Source of the DNA: Bilabrum cf. latius
Lineage: Eukaryota
Reading direction: 5' to 3'
DNA length: 64,000 nucleotides
Assembly (NCBI GenBank): GCA_965178125.1
Contig: CBCXTV010000001.1
Coordinates: 62,001-126,000, forward strand
A program made the translations under genes and the position numbers. Of the stretch, positions 42,324 through 54,151 are shown in pieces. Below the pieces are notes generated by a model. That model searched no databases, was not told where the DNA came from, and saw nothing but the letters and a program-made list of their open reading frames with translations. Position 1 is the first letter of the stretch; every line of letters begins with the position of its first letter.

Positions 42324-45300
42324 GGGACCGCAGCGACAGTAGCGTCGCTTAGGTGAGGAGCGGGTGCCAATGCTCTTTTGAAAATGGTGTGTCGTACGTA
42401 CGGCAGGAGCCGTCGGTGGGAGCGGGGCGGATCCTGCGGGAAGTCGTGGAGACTGAGGGCAGAGACTCTCGGGTCGGTCAGGGTCTCATGTAACGTGCTG
42501 TTCACCGCAGAGGTATGTGCGGATCTTGGTGGATCTCTCGAGGACATGGGTGGCATACCGTTGTGCATCCGTTCCCCGGGGGGGGCGGTCGCAGAAGAGT
42601 GCACACGAAAACAAGAGGAAAGGAGACCAACCCCCCAAACCCACGTAGTGCGATCCTGGGGGGTACCCTATAAGGTACTAAGAATCCTTCTCCCGAAAAT
42701 CGCACTACCTCGGGCCACAACGTCTTGGTGGATTCCTCGAGGACATGGGTGGCATACCGTTGTGCATCCGTTCCCCGTCGCTCCCTAACGTCTTCAGTGG
42801 CAGGTTCGGAAAAGACACCTCCGTAGGCACGCGACAAGTCCCGGTGAAGCGGGCTCGCACCGCGCTGGGCGGGAGATCGTGAGCGCTTAGAGGACCGGAG
42901 CTTTCGGGCGGGTGCGTGTCTCGACAAACTCCCTCTTGACCACGGGCGGGGAACGTGTAGGGCGGAAGCTAAAGACACCGTAAGTAGCGGAGGGCTAACA
43001 TTCCGTCCTTCGGTGAGAGCCAAAAGTTCGAGTCTGCGAGAGACTATTATACGAAGTTCTCCCCTCCTCATACGTGCGCATAGCCTCCTCACGCGGTAGC
43101 GCGAGCGCGGGACCCGGACCTGTCCCTGATGGGCGTGAATCTGAACCCGGCGTACTCTCCTAGTCTGTCACTTCCACGACCTTGTTGTCGCGGAACCACT
43201 TGCACGGAGAGGAACCTGTCGTTCAAGCGGGTGCAGCCGGACGCGCAGGTGTAGTGCATCGCCTTGCATATGTGCACGGCCAAGTAGATGCCGGAACCGT
43301 AGAGGTATCACACTTCCCGCGGAGCTTGGGTGGGTCTTTCGCTGCTGTCGTCTGCTCCAGAAGGTTTGCGCCAAAAACCGGAAAACTTCTAAGACAGAGG
43401 TGGGATGCCAGGAGCTCACGGTCCTGCCGGATTGGGGAGGTCCATGCCCACGCGAGCCGGGTACGCGTCCAAATCAACGCACAGAGCGGGAGCTGAGGGC
43501 GCCAAGGACGCTCACTGTCAGGCACACACAACGCGCACAGAATTCGTCATTTCGCGTTCAAAGCCTGCCAACGACGTGGCGCTTGGCGAAATGTGGTGGG
43601 TGGCGAAGATGTGGTACTTCGCCGTGCCTTTCTCTATGACGGCCAAGCGTGCACTCGCCATCGCGCTCGGACGCCACAGGAAGAGATCCCAGCTCGCAGC
43701 TCCGCCGCCTCATCCAGGAGTAAGGCGAAGTCGAATCGTGAATAGCGCTTCGCACCTTCACAGAGCCGAGGATCACAGATAGGCCCCGCCTCACAGAACC
43801 CAGCGCCATAGGGCAGAGCGTGAAGTACCTGGCCGCTTGGCTTGGCCGGACCCCCGCCCGCCCTCCGCCGGCAGCTCCTCCCGTCCGTCCCTATGGAGGC
43901 AGATCCGCGTACCCATGCTGCGGCGGGATCCTGACACAATCCGCTCCTCTTAGTGTGTGGCCGTGGGGCATGAGTGGAGCAGCATCGGGCCCTCACCAGC
44001 CGTGGAACGGAAGCAGCTCTCCGTGCGGCAGCTGTGCGATGCACAGACCTCGTCCCAAAGATACGGATCCATTTTGCCGTCTTCCCGCGCATACTGCATC
44101 GCTCTGCAAAACTGCATTGCGCAGTGGATCCCCGAGCGTCGACTGCCAATAGCAGGCGGCCTCGCAAGGCCTTCATGGACGCAGGATTTGGGCTTCTTCA
44201 TCGTAAATTTGGGGTCTGCTCAGCGCGCGAAAATTCCAACGCTTCAAAATGATCCGGACGTCGCGAGAAGGGAACTCGTTGCTTGCTCACCTGTGCGGAG
44301 GGGTTGGATGCCCGATGTGCTAAAGAGAGGATACTGTCCGTCGGCGTTCTCTCTTCACCTTGTGCGGAAGGGTTGGGTGCCTGATTTCAGACAGAGAAGG
44401 TCTCGTCCGTTGGGAGCGCTTAGGAATACTTCCGGATGGGGCGTCCAGACGCGGTCCAGGACCTCCAGCTCGTCGGGGTCAATGTCGCCCGCGCCGTCCG
44501 TGCCTTTGACGCCTCTGGATCGATGATGCCCACGATCTTTGTCATCTCGGACGACACACGTCCCAGCTGCTCTTTGGTAGTGCATTACCTCATTGACCCC
44601 GAAGCGTTGAATATTTAATGAAGACCCTTCGGAAGCTGGCGAAGTTTGTCAGCTTGTCGGAGCGCAGCCTGGGTCCTTGTCAACAAACATGGAGGGTTTC
44701 GGGGCGGATTTCCAGCGTTCCGCCTTGATATCGAGTGCACCTCGAGGTCGGGATCGAAGCGGGGCGGGCGGTTCGTCATCCTCTGTGATACGCTTAGGAG
44801 GCGCCGACTTGATGCCCACCTTGTCCCCCAATCACTCCAGACGTAACTGGGGAACTCTTCCCGTCGTGGGCCGGGTACGCCTCCGAATCCCACGCGAGCC
44901 GTTCCCCACGGCGCACCGATAAGCGCCGCTGCAAGCGTACCAAGAGGGGCGTACCAAGAGGTGCTTCCTTCGCTCGGCAGTGTGGCACTTCAAGCAGTAG
45001 AATGTGCCACTCCCAGCACGTAGGTGGAGTTTGCGAGCTGCCGGCCGACATGCTCGTGTGGTGACCTCCGGCGCACCGATAAGTGCCGCTGCAAGCGCAC
45101 CAATACTACTTCGCTTGGGAGCGAGGCACTTTAAGCAATGCAGTGCGCCGGTTTTCGTGCACGCCCAGTCGCGCGGACGCCGCAGGTGGCTTGGCCGTAG
45201 GATAGAATTAGTGGCGGGTCGGTTTTGCATGTCTTCCCTCTCCTCTTGATATGGTACACAAAGGCAAGAGCCTGACGATGCAGACGGAACTCCTGGATTT

Positions 45301-45404
45301 CACCGCCACATTCCTAGTCAAGACAGCCCTCGACTAAACAGACGCCGAGTTATCTTGAGCAGCATCCCACGACGCAGTGATGTGGACGGCAAGGGTGATG
45401 CCAT

Positions 45405-48400
45405 GCTTTCCGGGCCTCCCATGTGACCGCTTTTTGCGTACCGAAACACTTTCCGGGGTCGACGCCCCGGCGGAACACGCCGGCGCGGCGGCAAGCGTCG
45501 ATGTTGCGGGCGGCCCAGCCATGAGGTACATGATCAAGTACACGGAAAGCACGCAGAGCGTCGTCAATCCGTTCGTGAGCCGCGAGTTCCAAAAGGTCTT
45601 CGAGACATCCGCCCGGAAAGCACGCAGAGCATCGTCAATCCGTTCGTGAGCCGCGAGTTCCAGAAGGTCTTCGAGCACATCCCCCCGGAAAGCACGCAGA
45701 GCATCGTCAATCCGTTCGTGAGCCGCGAATTCCAGAAGGTCTTCGAGCACATCCCCCCGGAAAGCACGCAGAGCATCGTCAATCCGTTCGTGAGCCGCGA
45801 ATTCCAAAAGGTCTTCGAGCACATCCCCCGGATGATGTCGAGCATGCGGACGCCCTGCTCCGGATGATGTCGGCCATGCGGACGCTCTTCCCAGACCTTG
45901 CGCGGCAGCGGGACGAAAATGGAGCTCTCCCTGCACCGCAAGCACGCCGGAAACCTGGTGCACTTGACTCCGAGAGGTCGCATCGTTGTCGCGTGGCGGA
46001 GGATTTCATTTGGGCCGGCAGCAGGCCGAATGTCGTGTACGGCTTTAAGGTACCGAACCGGAGCTCCCGGCAGCAGCGCAGGCGGAGACATCCGCCCGGA
46101 AAGCACGCAGAGCATCGTCAATCCGTTCGTGAGCCGCGAGTTCCAGAAGGTCTTCGAGCACATCCCCCCGGAAAGCACGCAGAGCATCGTCAATCCGTTC
46201 GTGAGCCGCGAATTCCAGAAGGTCTTCGAGCACATCCCCCCGGAAAGCACGCAGAGCATCGTCAATCCGTTCGTGAGCCGCGAATTCCAAAAGGTCTTCG
46301 AGCACATCCCCCGGATGATGTCGAGCATGCGGACGCCCTGCTCCGGATGATGTCGGCCATGCGGACGCTCTTCCCAGACCTTGCGCGGCAGCGGGACGAA
46401 AATGGAGCTCTCCCTGCACCGCAAGCACGCCGGAAACCTGGTGCACTTCCACGTGTGCATGACGGACTCCGAGAGGTCGCATCGTTGTCGCGTGGCGGAG
46501 GATTTCATTTGGGCCGGCAGCAGGCCGAATGTCGTGTACGGCTTTAAGGTACCGAACCGGAGCTCCCGGCAGCAGCGCAGGCGGCATGCTTGGGGCGGCA
46601 CGTGGATCTTCGACGACGCCATTACGCTCAGCGATTGCGGGTCGAGGGTGCAGATCGACGCGCCGCAGTCGAAGGTCTTGGCGATGGTAATGCCCCGGAA
46701 GTCGGGCCAGTGGATTCCTCATAGGCTGCGCTCGCGTACGATCTGGTATTTGGGTGGGGAGCAGTCGGCCGTGATCACCAACCTCAAGTGCCAGGCCTGC
46801 CCCGGAAGTCGGGCCAGGGCATTCTCCGAGTCTCTTTGCCGATGATGTCTGAGGAGAAACCGTCCGAGAGCATTGCTGTTTCCTTGGGAGACGGCCGCAA
46901 TCTTCGTGGGCGTCAAGGCGCCGGTAATATGGGAAACGAGGGCGGCATGTTGGCGCGCGAGGTCGACGCCCCGGCGGAGGGGGGGGGGCCGTACGTGCCG
47001 TGACAGGTCGCGCCGGAGCCGGCGGAGGAGGCGACATGGACTTGCAACGCGTGCCAGGGCCTAAGCCCCGGTCAGAGTACTTCAAGAAGTGGAAGGACTG
47101 GATCCAACCAGTTTGCCGGGTGTGTTACGACAAGTTCGACAGCGCGACGCCGTGGTGGGTGAGGTGCAAGAACTGCAAAAACGAGTTTCCGGCGTACCGA
47201 TTTCCCAGATCCGCCGGAAGAGGGACGGGCCTCGATCTCGGAAAGGGCGGGAGTCCGTTCTTGCATTCGGAATGGGCGGGGAGTTGCTTTTCCTGGGAGC
47301 ATGTGCGAGATTCCTTCTCCGCGGGTCCTCTTTCGGCTTCGGCAGTCAGCAGCGCACTCTGCGGGAACGGCATTCTCCGAGTCTCTTTGCCGATGATGTC
47401 TGAGGAGAAACCGTCTGAAAGCATTGCTGTTTCCTTGGGAGACGGCCGCAATCTTCGTGGGCGTCGAGGCGCCGGTGATATGGGAAACGAGGGCGGCATG
47501 TTGGCGCGCGAGGTCGACGCGCCGGCGGAGCACGCCGGCGCGGCGGCAAGCGTCGATGATTCGGGCGGCCCCCACATCGAGAGCGGCGGCGCGGAGGCGG
47601 CGTCCACGGGGATGCTCGGAGAGGAGAGCGGCAAGGCAGCGCCGAAGGAGGACGCCGAAGACGACGGCGGCAAGAAGACGGAGGAGGAGGATGCTCGCGG
47701 CGGTGGACGTGCTGTGGTGCCCGGAGGTAATGACGACGTATGGACCGACGCAGCAGCTTGGAAGGCGGGTGGCGGCGTGGCAGCCGGGGCGGTCTCTGGC
47801 GCTGATAGCTGGGCTCTATGGGGGACCCCTGCGAAGTCGTCATGGGGGGAGACGTACGTGCCGCGGCAGGTCGCGTCGGAGCCGGCGGAGGAGGCGACAT
47901 GGACTTGCAACGCGTGCCAGTGCTGCAAGCCCCGGTCGGCGTACTTCAAGAAGTGGAAGGACTGGATCCAACCAGTTTGCCGGGTGTGTTGCGACAAGTT
48001 CGACAACGCGACGCCGTGGTGGGTGTGGTGCAAGAACTGCAAAAACGAGTATCCGGCGTACCGATTTCCCCAGATCCGCCGGAAGAAGGAGAACTTGCGC
48101 TATTTCTTCCCTGAGGACTGGTGCGCGAAGTGCCTGGTTGCGCGTGGCTGGAGTCTCCATGATGTCCGTTCCTCTGCGGGTGAAGCGAAGCGTTGGGTGC
48201 CAAAAGCTGGCGCGAATACCGGTGACGGCGACAACGACGCTCGTGCTCCCGCACGCGACGAGCTTCCTGCAGGAGGCGCCGCCTCCTGCAGCAACGCCGT
48301 GCGTCAGAGTTCTTCGCGTGACGAGGCCTTGGATGACATCAACCGGGCCATGGAGCTTCTCCGGAATGCGGAGAAATTCATCTCCGCGATGCCATCGTGC

Positions 48401-50179
48401 ATGCAGTGTGCGGTGCAGGACCAGTTGATGCAGGGCATCGTCAAACACCAGGCCCTCTTGGATATCTTCTCCGGCAAGATAACGGACTGGATCAAATACC
48501 ATCCGGCCACTCTTGGGGCGATCCAATCCTATCGAAACGCATGGCTGTGGGCCGACGGAATGGCTCATGGTTGTCGAGGATGATATCGAACCTCGCGAAG
48601 CATGCGTGGATCGGCTACTCGTAGTTCTTCACGCCATCGCGAAACCCCAAGGTGACGCAGATGGCCATGTTAGCGGGGTCAGAAGCACCGAGAATGGTCA
48701 GCCTCCAGCGCGGAAACTCACCTCATGCACAACTGCGAGCGCCTCTTGGACGTGCGGACCTATCCGGCGCACTGGGTAGACAACACATTTGTGGTCCCCT
48801 TCCACGTGGGCATGGGCCTAAAGTGGTATCTCATCAGCCCGGAGGGGAGGAAGGCGCTCCTGAAGATGCGGATCCCGAACCGAAGCTTCGAACGCTGCGT
48901 CTGGCGCCGCATCTTCGACACGTTCCAAGGGCCGGTATGTAATGTCCGTCGTGATGTCCGTGTGCGCGGCCCTGAGTTGGGGGGTTGTCTCGTCTGGGAA
49001 AAAACAGAGCGCGTGCCCATCTCCTACGAAGACTTGTGCGGTGTTCACGAGCACGCCGGCGAAACCTCGAGTTTTGGCATCAAGATCGTGTCGCGGCCAG
49101 GCTGTACGACGGCGGCAAGAAGACGGAGAAGGAGGATGCTCACGGTATCGCCCTGATCATCTGCACGACTTCGTGGGGCTCCATGACGTAACGGCGAGCG
49201 AGAACATTGACTGGTGGCGTGGCTGGAGGATCTCGGGAACACACGGCGGGCGAGCCGTTTTTCAAAAGGAGCACGGGTCCTTCGGGACGCCATTTCACTT
49301 ACGGCGGGCGAGCCGTTTTCCGAATGGTGCGGGGGTCCTACTGATGCACACGGCGATCGCTGGTTCACTCACGGCGGGCGAGCCGTTTTCCGAATGGTGC
49401 GGAGTCCTCCAGATGACCACGGTGATGGGTGGCAGCATGTCATAGGCGCGCCGTCGGAAGCTTCCCCTTCGAGTGCTGCCTAAAACTGAGAAACCTGGAG
49501 ATCCTAGCATCGTATGGAGGCAAGAGGTAACACCTTGGGGTCCGTTCTCCGCTTCAATTCCTGTCCCAAATCCGATTCCCATTTCGAGACCGAAAAAGGT
49601 GACCCGGAAAACGACGGTACTTATTTCTGAACCGTTTTCCGGACGCTTTCCGGGTCTCCCATGTGACCGCTTTTTGCGTACCGAAACACGTTCCGCGCGT
49701 GAGGAGCAGATGCGGATCTCCGCGGGGTCCTATTTGTGTCTTTTTTCGGGGACGAAATCGGGCGCACTTCTCGTGCCGATTTGTGGTCGTCTCTGAAACC
49801 GGCTGCGAGTCGGGAAAGGTGCCCGAGATGCTTGTGTCCTTGGCTTCGTATTTCTCCGCATATTCTTCAAACGCGGGCGGCAGTGGCTCCTGCGCGGGAG
49901 CTTCCCGAGTGGGTCCGTCGTGCAGTGCGCTGGGTAGGTCCGCAGGTCAAGGAGGCGCTCGCAGTTATAGACGTAGGTGGAGTTTGCGAGCTGCCGGCCG
50001 ACATGCTCATGTGGTGACCGGAGGTCACCACATGAGCATGTCGGCCGGCAGCTCGCAAACCCCACCTGCGTCTATAACTGCGAACGCCTCCTTGACCTGC
50101 GGACCTACCCAGCGCACTGAGCAGACAACGCATTTGTGGTCCCCCTCCACGTCGGCATGGGCTTGAAGTGGTACCTCAG
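45405..50179 (+). other. Gene-fragment mosaic, copy 2
   Basis: Repeat of 18206..23000 with small indels, e.g. a 16-bp deletion near 45965. Confidence 0.93.
47393..48583 (+). CDS. Chimeric ORF (~396 aa): full ZnF-B paralogue + ZnF-C piece + GT piece, uninterrupted in unit 2
   Basis: Continuous frame ..FISAMP-SCMQCAVQDQLMQG-IVKHQALLDIFSGKITDW.. Expression unknown. Confidence 0.5.
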   Translation: MMSEEKPSESIAVSLGDGRNLRGRRGAGDMGNEGGMLAREVDAPAEHAGAAASVDDSGGPHIESGGAEAASTGMLGEESGKAAPKEDAEDDGGKKTEEEDARGGGRAVVPGGNDDVWTDAAAWKAGGGVAAGAVSGADSWALWGTPAKSSWGETYVPRQVASEPAEEATWTCNACQCCKPRSAYFKKWKDWIQPVCRVCCDKFDNATPWWVWCKNCKNEYPAYRFPQIRRKKENLRYFFPEDWCAKCLVARGWSLHDVRSSAGEAKRWVPKAGANTGDGDNDARAPARDELPAGGAASCSNAVRQSSSRDEALDDINRAMELLRNAEKFISAMPSCMQCAVQDQLMQGIVKHQALLDIFSGKITDWIKYHPATLGAIQSYRNAWLWADGMAHGCRG

Positions 50180-53100
50180 GAGGATTTCACTTGCGCCGGC
50201 CCCCAGGATTTCGCCAAAAATGGCCGATCCGCACAAGGAATTTAAGTTGCGGCGACACAGCTCGGACCCTGGCTTTTTTTTTGGCTGTTTCGGGGCCCCA
50301 AGAGGGCTCCCGGCCCCAAAAAGGGCAAAACGCGAGGTTGTGGTGGAAAAAATGGGCCCCAAGGAGTCTCCAAACGACGCAAAACGCCACGTTGTGGTGG
50401 ATTTTAGAGCCCCTAAATCGCCCAAAAAAGACGCAAAACGCCACGTGGTGGTGGATTTTAGAGCCCCTAAATCGCCAAAAAAGACGCAAAACGCCACGTT
50501 GTAGTGGATTTTAGAGCCCCTAAATCGCCCAAAAAAAGACGCAAAACGCCACGTTGTGGTGTTTTTTTTTGAGCGTTTTCGGGGGGCTCGGAAGGGGACC
50601 CCCCCAGGATTTGGCCAAAAATGGCCGATCCACACAAGGACTTTAAGTTGCGGCGACACAGTTCGGGCCCCGGTTTGTTTTTGCGGTTTGGGGGCCCCGA
50701 GAGGGCTCCCGGCCCCAAAAAGGGCAAAACGCGAGGTTGTGGTGGAAAAATGGGCCCCAGGCAGCCCCAAACGACGCAAAACGCCACGTTGTGGTGGATT
50801 TTAGAGCCCTAAATCGCCCAAAAAAAGACGCAAAACGCCACGTTGTCGTGGATTTTAGAGCCCTAAATCGCCCCAAAGAGACGCAAAACGCCACGTTGTA
50901 GTGGATTTTAGAGCCCCTAAACCGCCCTAAAAAGACGCCAAACGCCACGTTGTGGTGTTTTTTTTTGAGCGTTTTGGGGGGGCCCGGAAGGGGACCCCCC
51001 CAGGATTTGGCCCAAAATGGCCGATCCACACAAGGAATTTAAGTTGCGGCGACACAGTTCGGGCCCCGGGGTTTGTTTTGCTGTTTGGGGGCCCCAAGAG
51101 GGCTCCCGGGAGGCCCTAGAGTGGCCCTTCTCCGCTTCAATTCCTGTCCCAAATCCGATTCCCATTTCGAGACCGAAAAAGGTGACCCGGAAAACGACGG
51201 TACTCTCCGTCACTCCATCTGGCGGCGAAAATTGCCTCAGTTTCCGGTCCCCGATTCCGGGCCCAGGGACCCCCGAAATTCCCGATTCCGCGCAGTGCCG
51301 AAAGCTCGACATAAACCACAAACACGACACACAACACAACACGATAGCGCCTCCCCACGCGCGGGATTGGGTCCTTCCGCTCGCTGCATGTGAGCTGCAG
51401 TGTGTTCTTGCCGGGAATGTCACTGGAAGTCGCGCTGCAGTCTGCTCAGGGCGCCTTATGACCATGAAGGCGTCTCAGCACCCGCGACGGCAAGAGGGGG
51501 CACGCACGACGTTGCGAAGCACCCGCCCTGGGTGAAGAAACTGCGTATCCACAGGAGTCACGTTCAGGTGCGCGAGAATTGGAAAGGCGGGGTAACTGGT
51601 GCAGAGGAGCTTGTTCGCAGCGCGGCTTCCACCAGCGCCGCTGACGGTAAGATGCATCGGTCTCGGTACATGAGTCGGCACGGTGTTGCGTGATTGACTT
51701 CACGATGCGGGAGTGTGCAGCCTTCCGCAGCGGGAGAATTGTATCTCCCCACGACCGCCGAAAAAAAAAAAGAAGGCTATGCTGGACTCGTTCCAGGGAA
51801 GGCTATGCGATGAGTATCTCTAGGCGCTTTCCGGAAGACCCACCCACTACACGCTGGTCAGCCCTCCCAAGCGGGAGTGAACCGCGGATCCGCGGGCCCG
51901 TGAGCGCTGCTGCTACGATCATTTCTGCCCGTTTGACTCTCGCCCACTCTTGCCGTGACCAAAGACGCGCAGATCCTTATGACGCATGACACCTCGTCGA
52001 GGTGTCGAGACTGCCTCACATTCCCGTTACAAAGACCCACAGCACTGCGACAACGAAATCGGTCACGAAGAGAGCAAGAGGCCGCGCACCTGAGCATCAC
52101 AAAAACCCCGAGAGACATAAACAACACCGTCCCGTGAAGTCCCTGCGACGAGGGGATGCTAAGCGGCTCCCACGGCGGCTCCTCTGCGGGAAAAGCTGCC
52201 GCAGACCTCGAGATGGGATGCACATGACTGCGAAGATTGCGGAACTCGTCCGAAGCCGGTCGCACGAGGGTCACAGCGAATGGAGGCATATCTATGAAAT
52301 AGAGTCTGCGTGCAAAGCAGCATTCCAACGATCGTCCGCATTCTTCCGAGCAAATCCTTGGGAGCACACATCCTGCGGACGACATCTCTTTTCTATCCAC
52401 CCCAGCGTACTCCCCGCACACACTTCTCGCGAATGATTGAGAATTCTGTGCGGCACATGTAATATCAGGCTACCATGATACGCGGAATGGCGTGCTATTG
52501 CTCGCACGTTCGTGCGCCCCCTTCCGAATGCGCTTACCACATCACTATGTTCGTCGGCAACCGTATACACCGTAGGGGTCTTCCCTCCGACACCAAGCGT
52601 ACACGACTGGCCGTAATAGCGCAGCGTAGATGTTTCGGACGTCGCCCAGGACAAGTGTCGACGCCCGGTTCGTCACGATCACTACGTGTGCACTTCACTC
52701 ACCGCCCTCCAGCCGCTAGACTTCTTTTGGAGCGCGACATCCTACGACGCGCTATGACACGTAGCCGTAAACCGCAGACGGCCTCGCGTTCACTGCTTGC
52801 AGCGCAAGAGCGTGAACAAGAACCGCCCGCGTGGCACACCTTCGCAGGCGCGGAAGACAAAAAGTTCCTTCTAAGCTTGTATTCGGGTCCGAAAGCCAAA
52901 TTCCACTTCGGGGTCGAGAAGGGCGACCCGGGAAATCACCGTACGCTCTGTGAATCCATTTCCCGGGGAAAGTCCCCGAGTTCCCGCTACCCGGTCCCAG
53001 GCCCAGCGACCCAGGAAAGTTCCCGTCCCCCCGCATGCGGAAACCTCCCACGAAGCACGCCCACCTCACGCTTCACACGCAAAAGTCCAGGAGTCAAATC

Positions 53101-54151
53101 CATTCCGGACCCAGCAGTTCACCCCCCGTGACGATTGGGAAAGGCTCTTGCACACACCTTCTCGTCCGAGCAGTCTATGGAGCACACACCTGTCTTCGTT
53201 GCCTTTTCCGGCCAAAAATGCAGGGAGTTCGAAGGGGAAGTAGCAAGCGCGGAAGACCGCTTTCGAAACGCAGGTGCTCAGGGAAAAACAACCAGAGCGT
53301 CCCTGATCCTCAGCAGAGCCGTCCAGGAGGGACGGGCACGGACGGGCATCGCAGATCTTGCAGCGCCACCATTCGCCGGGATGGGCGACCGGACGAGGGC
53401 GACCACAAGTACGTAGCGTGCGACGTCCGTCAGTCGCCATGTTGCGCTGATTCGCTTTCGCGGCACGACTTCCAGGGCCGGCCTTACTCACTCCTCGGAG
53501 TCCGCGTGTGGATTCTCCCCTGCGCATGATCTGCCGCTCTAGATGCTACACAAAGATCCCGCTCGGATGACCCCCTCTGTGCATTCTGCAAGATTTTACG
53601 CGCCTCCATTCAATGCGCGAAGCATGCACCGCAGCAGTCTGAGTCCGGTGACCACCTTCAATAGCGTGGGACAAATTCCGTCCGCGATGTGCATTCGGGC
53701 ATGCTCCCCTTTCCGAGTCTCTGTGACCCGTAGTGCGTCCGCGGCCAACGACTCAGGACTCCACGATGGTACGCACGAGTTGCATTCCTTGCACGAAGCG
53801 TGCGGAGAGAAAGCGATGCTCAGACATCGAGGCGCTTGGAGGGTCTGCACGCGACATGCTTCGAGAGGCCATGCAAACATGCGAAACCAGAACTGAGGTT
53901 CCTCATCGTTCCTGCTGTCGAGCGCTCAATTGGGGCATCGGATCAGGACGAAGCTCGCGAAGAGAGGGCGCGGGTGTCCCCATCCAAAAATCCGCCGCCT
54001 TCAAGGCTCATGTTCCCGGATCCTGCATTCGCGAGTTTCGGGAGCAGAAGTGCAAGATCGCCGCTGGACACACAGCGCATGCCATTTCCCGTCTCTGGAG
54101 ATGTCGGGCTTCCAGGCGCAATTCGGACACCATCGCCAGGACCTCGGGAAG

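Larger units (their letters stand above)
23930..42780 (+). mobile_element. Putative composite mobile element: HUH-SF3 Rep + pogo-like DDE transposase + glycosyltransferase + Zn-finger cargo (one complete copy; ends approximate)
   Basis: Co-oriented intronless cluster bounded by the satellite on the left and the origin duplicate/mosaic on the right. No TIRs or target-site duplication were identified, so boundaries are inferred. Confidence 0.6.
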
